DNA from: Escherichia coli | Lineage (GTDB): Bacteria > Pseudomonadota > Gammaproteobacteria > Enterobacterales > Enterobacteriaceae | Length of the DNA stretch: 64,000 nt | NCBI RefSeq assembly: GCF_024502345.1 | Contig: NZ_JALDNN010000001.1 | Strand: one strand, 5' to 3' | Part shown: piece after piece, positions 25,456 through 37,104 of the stretch | How the letters are laid out: each line of letters begins with the position of its first letter | Position numbering within the stretch: position 1 is the stretch's first letter | Notes under the pieces: generated by a model | What the model saw: only the letters and a program-made list of their open reading frames with translations | The model's database searches: none | What the model was told of the DNA's origin: nothing | Made by a program: the position numbers and the translations under genes

Positions 25456-25695
25456 ATGACCCAATCCGTGTTGCTGCCACCGGGGCCTTTCACCCGGAGA
25501 CAAGCGCAAGCGGTCACTACCACGTACAGCAATATCACACTCGAAGACGACCAGGGCAGTCACTTCCGTCTGGTGGTTCGTGATACTGAAGGCCGGATGG
25601 TCTGGCGGGCATGGAACTTTGAGCCGGATGCCGGTGAAGGTCTTAACCGCTATATCCGCACCTCAGGCATCCGTACAGACACGGCCACCCGCTGA
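25456..25695 (+). CDS. ykfF: DUF905-family small protein (YkfF/YfjW-like)
   Basis: [79 protein letters not shown]; AGGAG RBS. Confidence 0.65.
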   Translation: MTQSVLLPPGPFTRRQAQAVTTTYSNITLEDDQGSHFRLVVRDTEGRMVWRAWNFEPDAGEGLNRYIRTSGIRTDTATR

Positions 25696-25792
25696 TCGCG
25701 AAGCATTTACCCGCATTCACCTCCCCGAACACACTTTATATCCCCATACGCCAGCCATCGCCGCTGGCGTTTTTATTGACGGAGACATACCC

Positions 25793-26251
25793 ATGACAAC
25801 ACAGACGCAGCACGACCTCGCACCCGCTAACCAACCCGAATTTGAACTGACCGTCACGCCGGTCCCCGATGAACAGCGTATCGATTTCTGGCCACAGTAC
25901 TTTGGCGCTATCCCGCAGTGGCTACTCCTGGAGCCGCATATCTTCGCCTGGATGGACCGCTTCTGTGAGGGCTACAGCGGTGGTATCTGGTCGTTCTACA
26001 CCCTCAGCAATGGCGGCGCATTTATGTCCCCCGAGCCTGACAACGATGAGACATGGCGTCTGTTTAACTGCCTGAACGGTAACGATGCCCAAATGAGTGC
26101 AGAAGCAGCAGGTATTGCTGTCTGCCTGATTGCGTATAGCCACCATGCCTGCCGTACAGAATGTGACGCGATGACCGCACACTATTACCGCCTGCGGGAG
26201 TATGCCATGCAACATCCAGAGGCTCACGCCATTCTGCGTATTATCGACTGA
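25793..26251 (+). CDS. yafX: Antirestriction protein, KlcA/ArdB family (YafX/YfjX-like)
   Basis: 152 aa; ...IWSFYTLSNGGAFMSPEPDNDETWRLFNCLNGNDAQMSAEAAGIAVCLIAYSHH... typical of the family. Confidence 0.75.
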   Translation: MTTQTQHDLAPANQPEFELTVTPVPDEQRIDFWPQYFGAIPQWLLLEPHIFAWMDRFCEGYSGGIWSFYTLSNGGAFMSPEPDNDETWRLFNCLNGNDAQMSAEAAGIAVCLIAYSHHACRTECDAMTAHYYRLREYAMQHPEAHAILRIID

Positions 26252-26266
26252 CCGAAGGAGCAACAG

Positions 26267-26743
26267 ATGAAACAGCTTTCCTTTTTACCCGGCGAGATGA
26301 CGCCACAGGACCGGCGTCTCATTCAGCGGGCGCTCAGGGCTCTGGACCGCCACCTGCATGAGCCCGGCGTAGCCTTCACCTCTACCCACGCCGTACGTGA
26401 ATGGCTGCGACTGCATATGGCCGCGCTTGAGCGGGAAGAGTTCCGGGTGTTGTATCTGGACAACCAGAATCAGTTGATTGCCCATGAAACGCTCTTCACC
26501 GGCACGATTAACCGCACCGAGGTGCATCCCCGGGAGGTGGTCAAACGTGCTCTGCACTTCAACGCGGCGGCGGTGATACTCGCGCATAACCATCCTTCCG
26601 GCGAGACGACACCTAGCCAGGCCGACAAAACCCTCACGCAGCGACTGGTTCAGGTGCTTCAGCTGGTGGATATCCGTGTCCTTGACCATCTGATTGTCGG
26701 TGGCAGGCAAATCTATTCGTTCGCAGAACACGGTCTGCTTTGA
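26267..26743 (+). CDS. ykfG: RadC-like JAB-domain protein (YkfG/YeeS/YfjY family)
   Basis: HNHPSGETTPSQADKTLTQRL JAB/MPN-type motif. Confidence 0.75.
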   Translation: MKQLSFLPGEMTPQDRRLIQRALRALDRHLHEPGVAFTSTHAVREWLRLHMAALEREEFRVLYLDNQNQLIAHETLFTGTINRTEVHPREVVKRALHFNAAAVILAHNHPSGETTPSQADKTLTQRLVQVLQLVDIRVLDHLIVGGRQIYSFAEHGLL

Positions 26744-26751
26744 GGTATTAC

Positions 26752-26973
26752 ATGAAAATTATCAGTAAACGCAGGGCAATGACGATATACCGCCAGCATC
26801 CTGAGTCCCGAATCTTTCGCTACTGCACCGGCAAATACCAGTGGCACGGTAGCGTCTGTCATTACACCGGCAGGGACGTTCCGGATATCGCCGGAGTCCT
26901 CGCGGTATACGCCGAACGCCGCCAGGACCGCAATGGGCCCTATACCTGCCTGATGAGCATCACCCTGAACTGA
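26752..26973 (+). CDS. ykfH: DUF987 protein (YkfH/YeeT family)
   Basis: MKIISKRRAMTIYRQHPESRIFRYCTGKYQWHGSVCHYTGRDVPDIAGVLAVYAERRQDRNGPYTCLMSITLN. Confidence 0.75.
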   Translation: MKIISKRRAMTIYRQHPESRIFRYCTGKYQWHGSVCHYTGRDVPDIAGVLAVYAERRQDRNGPYTCLMSITLN

Positions 26974-26991
26974 CAATAGTGGAGAACTGTA

Positions 26992-27671
<680 letters not shown>

Positions 27672-28052
27672 ACATTGCGTACAACCTTCCCGATTTACAT
27701 TTCTGAACTTCCTCCCTTGTTTACCTATTGCGTAATGCGCCTGCTACTACCCGGCAGGCGCGTTATCTTTTTACGGACAAACAATCATGCAACCAGAAGT
27801 TGAAGTATTAACCGATCATAATGAGCTAATTTGTTCGAGCTTTATTGAACACATTGCCAACACATTAAATTTAGGAGTGGTGTACAACTAAACCTGCAGC
27901 CAAGGATGTATAGTGAGCGAAGCCCTATCAGGCCTTTTTGGTCAGTAGATAAGATTGATCTTCGTTGATAGAATTTACTTACACCAGCTGTTACATTAAG
28001 ATAATTTTTTGGTGGGAGAATGATAAGATCTTACGTAACAATTTGATTTTAA

Positions 28053-28068
28053 TGGTGCGATAATAGGA
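28053..28068 (+). repeat. Degenerate direct repeat of the thrW 3' end; putative distal att site of the thrW island
   Basis: TGGTGCGATAATAGGA versus TGGTGCCGATAATAGGA at 58981-58997 (one-base deletion), same orientation; lies ~380 bp from the ykfI-like gene end. Confidence 0.55.
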
Positions 28069-28249
28069 ACATAACACACCACATATAACCATTGATAAAC
28101 ATACATATTTTCTTGTTTCATCTTTATAAATGCCCCCTTTTGTGCCCCCGCCTTGGTTTTCATACGACTCGATGAGCCTTTCATCGAGTCGTTAATCTCA
28201 CCAATTTCTTCACAGACCGTGCAAACCTTCTCAGCTCTTTAAGCCCCCC

Positions 28250-28618
28250 TCACTGACGCGATCGGCTAAGAACAATATTACTTACTTCCCGATAAGAACA
28301 ACTGTTCATTAATCCGCATGCTTTCCTGGCATGAAGGATATCTGTCACGGTCAGATATGGCGCTTGTTCCTGTGAGGAAAATCCACTGCGATCGATACGG
28401 ACTAACTCATACTTCTCCACCAGAAAGTTGATAGCATTAGCCAGGGTGATACCGGCATCGATATGTTCCTGTATGACGGTTTCATCACAGAAAGGTGTAT
28501 CGTTTAGCGTCAGGCCATAATGCTGTTCCAGCAGACGACTAAGTAACATTTGCCAGATAGTCACGGGCGATAGGCATGGCTTCGCCGCCCGCATATTTTT
28601 TGCAGGTTGAAATTTCAT
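28250..28618 (-). CDS. Type IV toxin, CbtA/YpjF family (second, diverged copy)
   Basis: ...[67 protein letters not shown]... Confidence 0.8.
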   Translation of the reverse strand: MKFQPAKNMRAAKPCLSPVTIWQMLLSRLLEQHYGLTLNDTPFCDETVIQEHIDAGITLANAINFLVEKYELVRIDRSGFSSQEQAPYLTVTDILHARKACGLMNSCSYREVSNIVLSRSRQ

Positions 28619-28638
28619 TTTTTCTCTCGTGAAAGTAA

Positions 28639-28956
28639 TTAACGTTGAGTGGGATAAACGGCGATGTATACGTAGCCGCAGCTGCCAAGGGTATCGGCTT
28701 CGCAGGTAAAACCGTCGTGGTACAGGGTGACGCTGTGGGCATGACGAGGATTCAGTTCACCGGAGGTCAGCATCAATTCCATCTGGCTGATAAAGTGCGG
28801 GAAAGTTTCATCCAGTTTCCGGCATTCGGCGTCACTGAATTGACCGGTGTTGCTGGCCCGGTCAGCCAGATAATGCAGCCGGTTCCCTTCTTGCACAAGG
28901 CGGGCTCCCAGGCGCGGCGTGATATCCCGCTGCAGGCCCCATGTGATGTTACTCAT
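28639..28956 (-). CDS. Type IV antitoxin, CbeA/YfjZ family (second copy)
   Basis: [42 protein letters not shown]...; paralog of 26992-27309. Confidence 0.8.
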   Translation of the reverse strand: MSNITWGLQRDITPRLGARLVQEGNRLHYLADRASNTGQFSDAECRKLDETFPHFISQMELMLTSGELNPRHAHSVTLYHDGFTCEADTLGSCGYVYIAVYPTQR

Positions 28957-28975
28957 TGATAAACCTCTTTTATTT

Positions 28976-29197
28976 TCAATTCAGGGTGATGCTCATTAGA
29001 CAGGCATAAGGCCCGTTGCGATCCTGGCGGCGTTCGGCGTATATCGCCAGCACACCGGGAATGTCAGGAACCACCTTACCGGTGTAATGACAGACACTGC
29101 CATGCCACTGGTATCTGCCAGTGCAGAATCGAAAAATGCGGGAGGCCGGATGCTGACGGTAAATCGTCATTGCCCGGCGTTTACTGATAATTTTCAT
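28976..29197 (-). CDS. DUF987 protein (YeeT family, second copy)
   Basis: MKIISKRRAMTIYRQHPASRIFRFCTGRYQWHGSVCHYTGKVVPDIPGVLAIYAERRQ... Confidence 0.75.
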   Translation of the reverse strand: MKIISKRRAMTIYRQHPASRIFRFCTGRYQWHGSVCHYTGKVVPDIPGVLAIYAERRQDRNGPYACLMSITLN

Positions 29198-29205
29198 GTC
29201 ATACC

Positions 29206-29688
29206 TCAAAGCAAACCGTGTTCAGCGAACGACAATATCTGCGTGCCACCGACGATGAGATGGTCAGGCACACGGATATCAACGAGCTGAAGCGCCTGCA
29301 CCAGACGCTGCGTGACAGCTTTATCAGCCTGACTGGGTGTGGTGTCACCGGAAGGGTGGTTATGCGCAAATAACACTGCTGCCGCATTGAAATACAGGGC
29401 CCGCTTGACCACCTCACGGGGATGAACCTCGGTGCTGCTGATGGAACCGGCAAACAGGATTTCGTGGGTAATCAACTGGTTCTGCTGGTTCAGGTACAGC
29501 ACCATAAACTCTTCGCGCTCCAGTCCCGCCATTTTCAGTTTCAGCCAGTCACGGGCAGCCTGAGTGGAGGTGAATGCCACACCTGTTTCTCGCAGGTGTC
29601 GGTCAAGCAGCGTTAAAGCGCGTTTTACCGTGCGTTGTGCGGCCAATGGAAGTGCCGTAGCCTGTGGGATAAGTGACTGTTCCATCAT
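29206..29688 (-). CDS. RadC-like JAB-domain protein (second copy)
   Basis: HNHPSGDTTPSQADKAVTQRL motif; paralog of 26267-26743. Confidence 0.75.
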   Translation of the reverse strand: MMEQSLIPQATALPLAAQRTVKRALTLLDRHLRETGVAFTSTQAARDWLKLKMAGLEREEFMVLYLNQQNQLITHEILFAGSISSTEVHPREVVKRALYFNAAAVLFAHNHPSGDTTPSQADKAVTQRLVQALQLVDIRVPDHLIVGGTQILSFAEHGLL

Positions 29689-29696
29689 AAGTATCC

Positions 29697-30587
29697 TTAA
29701 TCAATAATGCGCAGAATGGCGCTGGATTCAGGGTGCTGCAGAACGTAATCCCGCAGGCGGTAATAGTGTTCAGTCATGGCATTGCATTCGGTGCGACAGG
29801 TGTGATGGCTGTATTCAATCAGGCAGACAGTGATACCTGCGGCTTCCGCGCTCATTTGCGCACTATTGCCGTTCATGCCGTTGAACAGGTGCCATTTATC
29901 GTCACCGTCAGCATCAGGGGCCATAAACGCTCCGCCATTGCTGAGCGTATAAAAGGACCAGATACCGAAAGTCATCTCCGACTGGCTGCCGAAGCGAACT
30001 CCGGCGCGGATATGCTGTGCGCTACCGTCACCAAAGTTCACGTAGCCTCCATTGTCATGACCGTTATTCAGGGACAGCCCCTGCCAGATATACTGAAGCT
30101 GCGGCTCCAGTATCAGGCCATTGGTCACACTGAACGGCAGACCCGTTTCCAGCGAACCCAGCCAGCCCCAGCCGTGGGTAGCGAAACTGTCTGCATCAGA
30201 CGTCGCTTTCAGGTTATGACGGGAGCCCTGAGCCACCACATCTGTCCACAGGCCGCTGGCGGCATGCACGGCGGTCAGATAACCGCCCAGGCTGTACACA
30301 TCATCACGGGCACTCCCGGCACGGGAGCGGTCATCGTCTTTTATATCAACAGAAGAATGTCCCGCTGCACCATACACACCGGCTTTCAGCGAAGAGTTGC
30401 TCAGCAAGTCGCCGCCCAGTTGTACAAAGCCGTAGCTGCCGCTGCTTTCCGGTATCGCACCCTGCGCAATTCCGCCGTTATTTTCATGCCCCATATGACC
30501 ACCCTGGATGCGCCCCCAGACTCCGCTGCCACCTTTGACCGCGCTGCGCTGGTTGTAGCTACCTGCCAGTGCGCGGTCATAGTCCAT
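29697..30587 (-). pseudogene. Chimeric ORF: autotransporter beta-barrel-like fragment (Ag43/Flu-like) fused in frame to the C-terminal ~87 aa of a KlcA-family antirestriction protein
   Basis: N-terminal ~200 aa with beta-barrel-like alternating aromatics (YGFVQLGGD, GGYLTAVHAASGLW) ending ...GSQSEMTFG, then IWSFYTLSNGGAFMAPDADGDD... matching the KlcA paralog from its residue ~66. Confidence 0.6.
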
Positions 30588-30646
30588 GCTCTGCGCAAAC
30601 AGCGAAGCATAAAGAGCAACTTCAGCACGATAGCCAGCTTCGCTGG

Positions 30647-31012
30647 TCAGATACCCACAGCTTCACCCGCCAGACAGGGCGCGTCGTTGCAGTTCAGCAG
30701 CAGGCTGACCAGTCGACGGTCCAGCCCCGGAAACAGATCGGCTACACCTGTACGATGAGCGAAGGTCAGCACATCCAGCTCGGCCTGCGCACCACTCACG
30801 CCCGTCCGCAGGCGGTAACAACCGTTGCTACATTCAAGATCCAGATACATCAGCCGTTCGCGAAAATCGCGGTACAGAGTACGAGCAGATACACCAAACT
30901 CTGCTGTCAGCCTGCGCATATTCAGCGTTTCACCTGCAACGAGGCGACTGATAATCAGCGACAGCCTGATCGCCAGCCTGTCGTGGCGGCGCTCTGTCTG
31001 TGTCATTATCAT
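30647..31012 (-). pseudogene. HTH transcriptional regulator fragment (N-terminal domain of a YfjR-like regulator), C-terminally truncated
   Basis: 121 aa with [26 protein letters not shown], similar to the N-terminus of the WYL regulator at 37105. Confidence 0.55.
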
Positions 31013-31232
31013 TTCTCCATACGAGTTAACTGACTGAAAGGGTTATGATTCTAAAGAAGGGGTCTGACAGGGTATGTCCGGGGCAATAACTATTTTTCGA
31101 TGGACAGGAAGCCACTGCTCACTGGGTAAGCCGGGGTTTTTGTTCAATTAATCAGCAATACAAGAAGAGGTGAATTGACAGGGCATGTCATTCTTTAACG
31201 AGGCATTAACTTTTCAGATGCAGAATCTGAAT

Positions 31233-32060
31233 TTAAACAGACTGAAACTGTGACAACATCGTTTCCGCCATCACCCACAGCGCACGGTTGAGTTTTACGT
31301 CCCCGTCAATGCCACGCACCGCACGGGTATGCGTTCGCCCGCCTTTAGCATTACGTCCACTAAGCCCGCCCTTAATCAGGTTTTCCTGTACACGCTGATA
31401 AGTGGTCCACAGATCATTGCTCTCATCCTGCCAGCGGCGTGGGGAGAGTATCTGCGATTCATTAACAGGCTGGTGGTCCTCACCAAAGCGATACGTAAGC
31501 GCTGCTTTAGCAAGTGCCTGCTGCGCAGGTGGCGGTAGCATCAGAGACTGCATGGCATCGCGTTTCTCTTCCACCCGGTCAAAAATCCCAAGCACTTCAT
31601 AAGCCCCTTCAATCACCTGACTCACCACATCACCTTTGTGTGGTACCCGCACCTCACCAAACGACTCACCGCAGACAAGCCCGTTCTGACACACCGCACG
31701 AAATAATCCCGGCAGCATTTGATACGAACTGGTGCCATCATGAGAGTTAAGCAGAATGATTTCCGGCACCTGTTTACCTGTAATTTGCCCCTCCCGACGC
31801 AGGCGAAGCATGTGCTTGGTGTGTTCCCGACGCCCCGGGTCACGCACGCGGGTCTGACAGGCAAAGAATGGCTGAAAGCCTTCGCGCTGCAGGTTGTCCA
31901 GCAGGGATATGGTTGGAATATAGGTATAACGTTCGCTGCGGGATTTGTGTTTGTCCTGACTGAAAACGCTGGGCACCACACGAAACAGCTCTTCACGGGT
32001 TAACGGACGGTCACGACGGATAAGATTTGCTGCGCCAAAGCGCGAAGCCAGACGGGTCAT
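31233..32060 (-). CDS. DUF932-family protein (YfjQ/YkfB-like, CP4-type island core gene)
   Basis: Start placed at MTRLASRFGAANLIRRDRPLTREELFRVVP; recognised as YfjQ-like. Confidence 0.7.
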   Translation of the reverse strand: MTRLASRFGAANLIRRDRPLTREELFRVVPSVFSQDKHKSRSERYTYIPTISLLDNLQREGFQPFFACQTRVRDPGRREHTKHMLRLRREGQITGKQVPEIILLNSHDGTSSYQMLPGLFRAVCQNGLVCGESFGEVRVPHKGDVVSQVIEGAYEVLGIFDRVEEKRDAMQSLMLPPPAQQALAKAALTYRFGEDHQPVNESQILSPRRWQDESNDLWTTYQRVQENLIKGGLSGRNAKGGRTHTRAVRGIDGDVKLNRALWVMAETMLSQFQSV

Positions 32061-32149
32061 AAGCAGACTCCTAATAACGGAAAACAATAATAGAAAGCCC
32101 TGCCGCACAGGCGACAGGGCTCATGGAATAAAAGGTTGGAATTAAATGC

Positions 32150-33013
32150 TCAGAAGAAGAAATCCCAGACAGCACGGGCCACTGATACCACGGTGGTGCG
32201 CATGGCCTGAATGATGGTCCGCACCGGAGTCGGTATCAGTGGGAAAGTACTCACCGTATCCAGCACCGCACCGATAGTTTCACCAAAATCAACGCGCGCT
32301 TTTTCCTGGACTACTGTTGTGCGAAAGGGAGGCTGCAGTTGCGCGACCACCGGGCTGCTGGCCTCGCGCGGCAGGCAGCGAATCATTCTCTCCGCCATTG
32401 TTCGTAATCCCCATTTAGCCCGGACCGATACGGCACATACAGGATGAACAGGCTGGAACAATTCATGCAGCAGGCAAATTTTACGGCTAATGTTTTGCTT
32501 CTGCTCTATGGATAAGTAACCGCCACCGCAAGTGGGTTCGGTCTTGTCCGACTGACTAATAACAAACAGCACCTTATGCCGGTATGACTCACCAATTATC
32601 TGATGATAAAAATGCTCATCCACCGCCAGCGCCCGATCATCGGCCTTGATCAGCCACAGCACCAGGTCGAGCCGGGGAAGCTGATCACGGTACAGCCCGG
32701 CATACTCGCTATCGCGTGCACTACTTTCCCCTACGCCGGGCAGGTCCACCAACGTCATAACGCGCTCGCCAACCTGAAGGCGAAAGCGCAGAGGTTCCCG
32801 GGTACAGGCCACCACATCGCTGACAGGCGATACCTCACCAGCAAACAGGGCATTGCAAAGGCTACTTTTGCCTGCTCCCGTTTTACCCATAATACCTATG
32901 ACCGGTTCATACTCAGTTATCTGTCTTATTTGTTGCAATAAATGCTCAGTAACCCATTCAGGTAATCCAGATACCGGTTTTAGCAAAGAAGAATAACCGT
33001 ATTTATTTTTCAT
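32150..33013 (-). CDS. P-loop GTPase, YfjP/YeeP/YkfA family
   Basis: GIMGKTGAGKSSLCNALF Walker A/G1, DLPG G3-like motif. Confidence 0.8.
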   Translation of the reverse strand: MKNKYGYSSLLKPVSGLPEWVTEHLLQQIRQITEYEPVIGIMGKTGAGKSSLCNALFAGEVSPVSDVVACTREPLRFRLQVGERVMTLVDLPGVGESSARDSEYAGLYRDQLPRLDLVLWLIKADDRALAVDEHFYHQIIGESYRHKVLFVISQSDKTEPTCGGGYLSIEQKQNISRKICLLHELFQPVHPVCAVSVRAKWGLRTMAERMIRCLPREASSPVVAQLQPPFRTTVVQEKARVDFGETIGAVLDTVSTFPLIPTPVRTIIQAMRTTVVSVARAVWDFFF

Positions 33014-33103
33014 AACACCACCCTCTTATTGATAATAAAAAGGCAGCTTACATAACTGCCTTTTTTAATCCTTCATAGGGATGATATATATCTAAAAAAA
33101 CAT

Positions 33104-34018
33104 TCAGCGTGGATTAAATTTTTGTTTCCATGCCAGATGAATAGCAAATTCAATGACTCTGGCATTTGAGATCCCTTCTCTAACAGATATATCACGAAGC
33201 TTATCATGAGTCTCCTGAGAAATGATCACGTTAAGGGCTTTATTTTTATCTGCGCGTTTCTTCTCTCGACTTTTCTGTGTGCTCAATGCACTTTTAAATT
33301 TTCTTATGAATAGTTCTTTTTCTGCTTCAGTCCTAAAAACATCCTCACGCCAGATAAAATATGACGCATAACAATATGCGATTTTTTCTTCTATTCCTTC
33401 AGCATGCCGATATTTTTGCAAGGTAACATTATTTTCCTGCAAATAATTCAGCAACCAGTCAATGGTCACCCCTGCTTTCCCATTGACATCAGAAAATAAA
33501 TTTTTCTTTGTGATTAATTCATTCCACGCATTATGTAATTTTAGGATGTATTGTCTGGTGTTTCCTTCAGAAATGCTTTTTACAACTTTATCTTTGATAA
33601 GCCGCACCCGAAGATTATGGACTGGTGGAATATCGAATCCTAAAGTGAATGGTTCATTTAACAGCGAATTTTCTGCCTGAACAGGGAATGTGTCTGTATA
33701 GGGTGCACAACTTAGGGTTACCTGTTCTTGATCTGTTTTACAAAGTAACCAGTAACTAGCCCTGGAATCTGTGGTGAACCATTCAAGCTCATCTTCACAT
33801 GGAATCTCTTTTTTAGCCTCAACCCGGGTGTTATTGATAAAAATATCTACTTCTCTTTCGGAACCTTTATTCCCACTCAATAATAAATTGCGCACTCTCT
33901 TTTCATAGTTTGCAAGATTTGCTTCGGACGACTCAGGAGGAATATCAATCTCGAATTTCTTTAATTTAAAGTACAAAAATAAAATGAGATTCCTTTCATC
34001 ATAAAATGAAACCACCAC
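33104..34018 (-). CDS. Hypothetical protein with C-terminal ribbon-helix-helix-like segment; unknown function
   Basis: 304-codon low-GC ORF, GTG start after AGGGGG; no internal Met; C-terminal NVIISQETHDKLRDISVREGISNARVIEFAIHLAW resembles a CopG/Arc-type RHH. Confidence 0.5.
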   Translation of the reverse strand: MVVSFYDERNLILFLYFKLKKFEIDIPPESSEANLANYEKRVRNLLLSGNKGSEREVDIFINNTRVEAKKEIPCEDELEWFTTDSRASYWLLCKTDQEQVTLSCAPYTDTFPVQAENSLLNEPFTLGFDIPPVHNLRVRLIKDKVVKSISEGNTRQYILKLHNAWNELITKKNLFSDVNGKAGVTIDWLLNYLQENNVTLQKYRHAEGIEEKIAYCYASYFIWREDVFRTEAEKELFIRKFKSALSTQKSREKKRADKNKALNVIISQETHDKLRDISVREGISNARVIEFAIHLAWKQKFNPR

Positions 34019-34431
34019 TACCCCCTTGTCACTACGTGATTATAGGTACAAAAATGCCCATTTTTGCACATTAACTCAATGAGTTATTGTTGATAACGTG
34101 TATACGGTCACGAAAATTTGGCTTCTTGAGGACTGGGGGGATAGCAGAGGGGAAGAAGTAAAAGAACTATTTGGGTTCTGGATTACAAAGGGATATAAAA
34201 CTCTAAGCGTAAATATAAACAGATTGAAATATCCATAACGAATTATGAAAAACCTTACTGCTTTATATGCATGAAGAGGGACATTTCAATTTCCAGAATC
34301 ACTTAAAAGGCTCATTATATTTTTTACATAACAACCGGTTGTTATGCCTGAACGCGAACTCAATTCCAAATTGAGCTCTGCCACACTAATAACAACCGGA
34401 GAATCTAATATGATAACTGAAACACTATTAA

Positions 34432-35626
<1,195 letters not shown>

Positions 35627-35650
35627 TTAACTGAAGACAAATTAGTTGAC

Positions 35651-35815
35651 ATGTTATTTATCACCACCCTAACTGGATTAACTGACAAGTGGTTCTATAA
35701 ATTAATTAAAGATGGTGAATTTCCAAAACCTATTAAGCTAGGGAGAAGTTCTCGCTGGTTACAGAGTGAAGTTGAAAATTGGTTAAGAGAACGAGTTAAA
35801 GCATCGCGAAGCTGA
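35651..35815 (+). CDS. alpA: AlpA-family prophage transcriptional regulator (small HTH)
   Basis: MLFITTLTGLTDKWFYKLIKDGEFPKPIKLGRSSRWLQSEVENWLRERV, AlpA-like; the IS5 right end lies 25 bp upstream of this start. Confidence 0.7.
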   Translation: MLFITTLTGLTDKWFYKLIKDGEFPKPIKLGRSSRWLQSEVENWLRERVKASRS

Positions 35816-36184
35816 AATGAAATTACGCCCATGCCCCCAATCGGACTGCATGTTTATATCATAAATATCATTATATAACCCACATGTTAACTTCGGAGTA
35901 AAAATAAATGATCACCAGCTAATAAAATCACACCTTGCATGACACGCATTAAAATTAACGCCCCGGATTGGTAATATATACAACAATATACAACGCATCC
36001 AACCATCAACACACTCATCCATTGCAAGTATATAAACAACAATAGTCAATACACTCTGCACATATACACGCCCCCACAAATCAAACTAACAAGCATTCAA
36101 ATCAAAACCATAAATCACCATTTAATTACCTCATCAACCCAAGGTAAGAAACAACCCTAGATACTATACAGACAATAGGAATTT

Positions 36185-36799
36185 ATGATGCTTAATGATA
36201 TTTATCTTGATCAACGTCATGCCCCATTCAATACAATGTATCTGCAACGGATGCTTCGCGTGATTAATAACGCTACAGCACAATACCCACGAACAATGGT
36301 TGTCCGTGTAGACCTACGACTTCCTGATAACCACGATGAATGTAAGGCTGGTCTTATCTCTCGATTTATAGAATCGCTTAATGCAAAGATTGAAGCACGA
36401 TATCGAAGCAAACTAAAGCAGGGTATTCGATGCTACCCATGTCATTTACGTTACGCCTGGGTCCGAGAGGTTGGAGAAGTAAACAAGAAGTCTCATTACC
36501 ACATGGTACTCTTTGTGAATAAAGATACTTTCAACGGGTTAGGGGTGTACGGTGAAGATGGAACTGGATTAGCCAGCCTGATACAGGCAGCCTGGCTAAG
36601 TGCCTTACAGTTGAGCCCTCCCACCGGATATCGAACGCTGGTACATATCCCGGACAACCCATTGTATTACCTGGACGTCAATAATTTAGACTACAAAACG
36701 GTTTACGATAAACTCACTTTCAGGCTGAGTTATTTTGCGAAAGAGCGCACCAAATCATACAGCCGGAATGAACGCTCATTTGGCTGCAGCCAGTCCTGA
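36185..36799 (+). CDS. YagK/YfjJ-family protein (inovirus Gp2-like domain)
   Basis: 204 aa; position after alpA as in CP4-57; family assignment from memory of YfjJ-like sequences. Confidence 0.55.
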   Translation: MMLNDIYLDQRHAPFNTMYLQRMLRVINNATAQYPRTMVVRVDLRLPDNHDECKAGLISRFIESLNAKIEARYRSKLKQGIRCYPCHLRYAWVREVGEVNKKSHYHMVLFVNKDTFNGLGVYGEDGTGLASLIQAAWLSALQLSPPTGYRTLVHIPDNPLYYLDVNNLDYKTVYDKLTFRLSYFAKERTKSYSRNERSFGCSQS

Positions 36800-37034
36800 G
36801 ACAAAACAAACTAAGTCTATAAAGATTTTTTCAGCCTGGCTCTAATCGACTGAATCTCAGCATACTCCGCTTTTGAAGCCTTGACACGTCAGTTGTTCTT
36901 TCACCTCTGAGTGGCTACTCGCGACTGCCTGCAGGAGACTGATTATGTTATTGACCGCAAAATCCATTAACTGACTTTTCGACTTAATCTCCTTAAGTTA
37001 TGTGAGAAATTTGCCGATATGAAAACATGATCCC

Positions 37035-37071
37035 CCAGTCGCTACTGACATGCCCTGTCAGTAGCGACTGG
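37035..37071. promoter_or_regulatory. Perfect 16-bp inverted repeat with 5-bp spacer, 34 bp upstream of the WYL regulator start; candidate operator
   Basis: CCAGTCGCTACTGACA-TGCCC-TGTCAGTAGCGACTGG; not followed by a T-tract, so unlikely to be a terminator. Confidence 0.5.
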
Positions 37072-37104
37072 TAATCTCAAGGAAAAATTACAAGGAGAAC
37101 GCGC

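Noticed and set aside
35816-36184. A/C-rich, low-complexity intergenic stretch between alpA and the YagK/YfjJ-like gene, considered as a possible sRNA or repeat array
   Set aside because: No clear repeat unit, promoter-terminator pair or hairpin found by eye; noted only as compositionally unusual.
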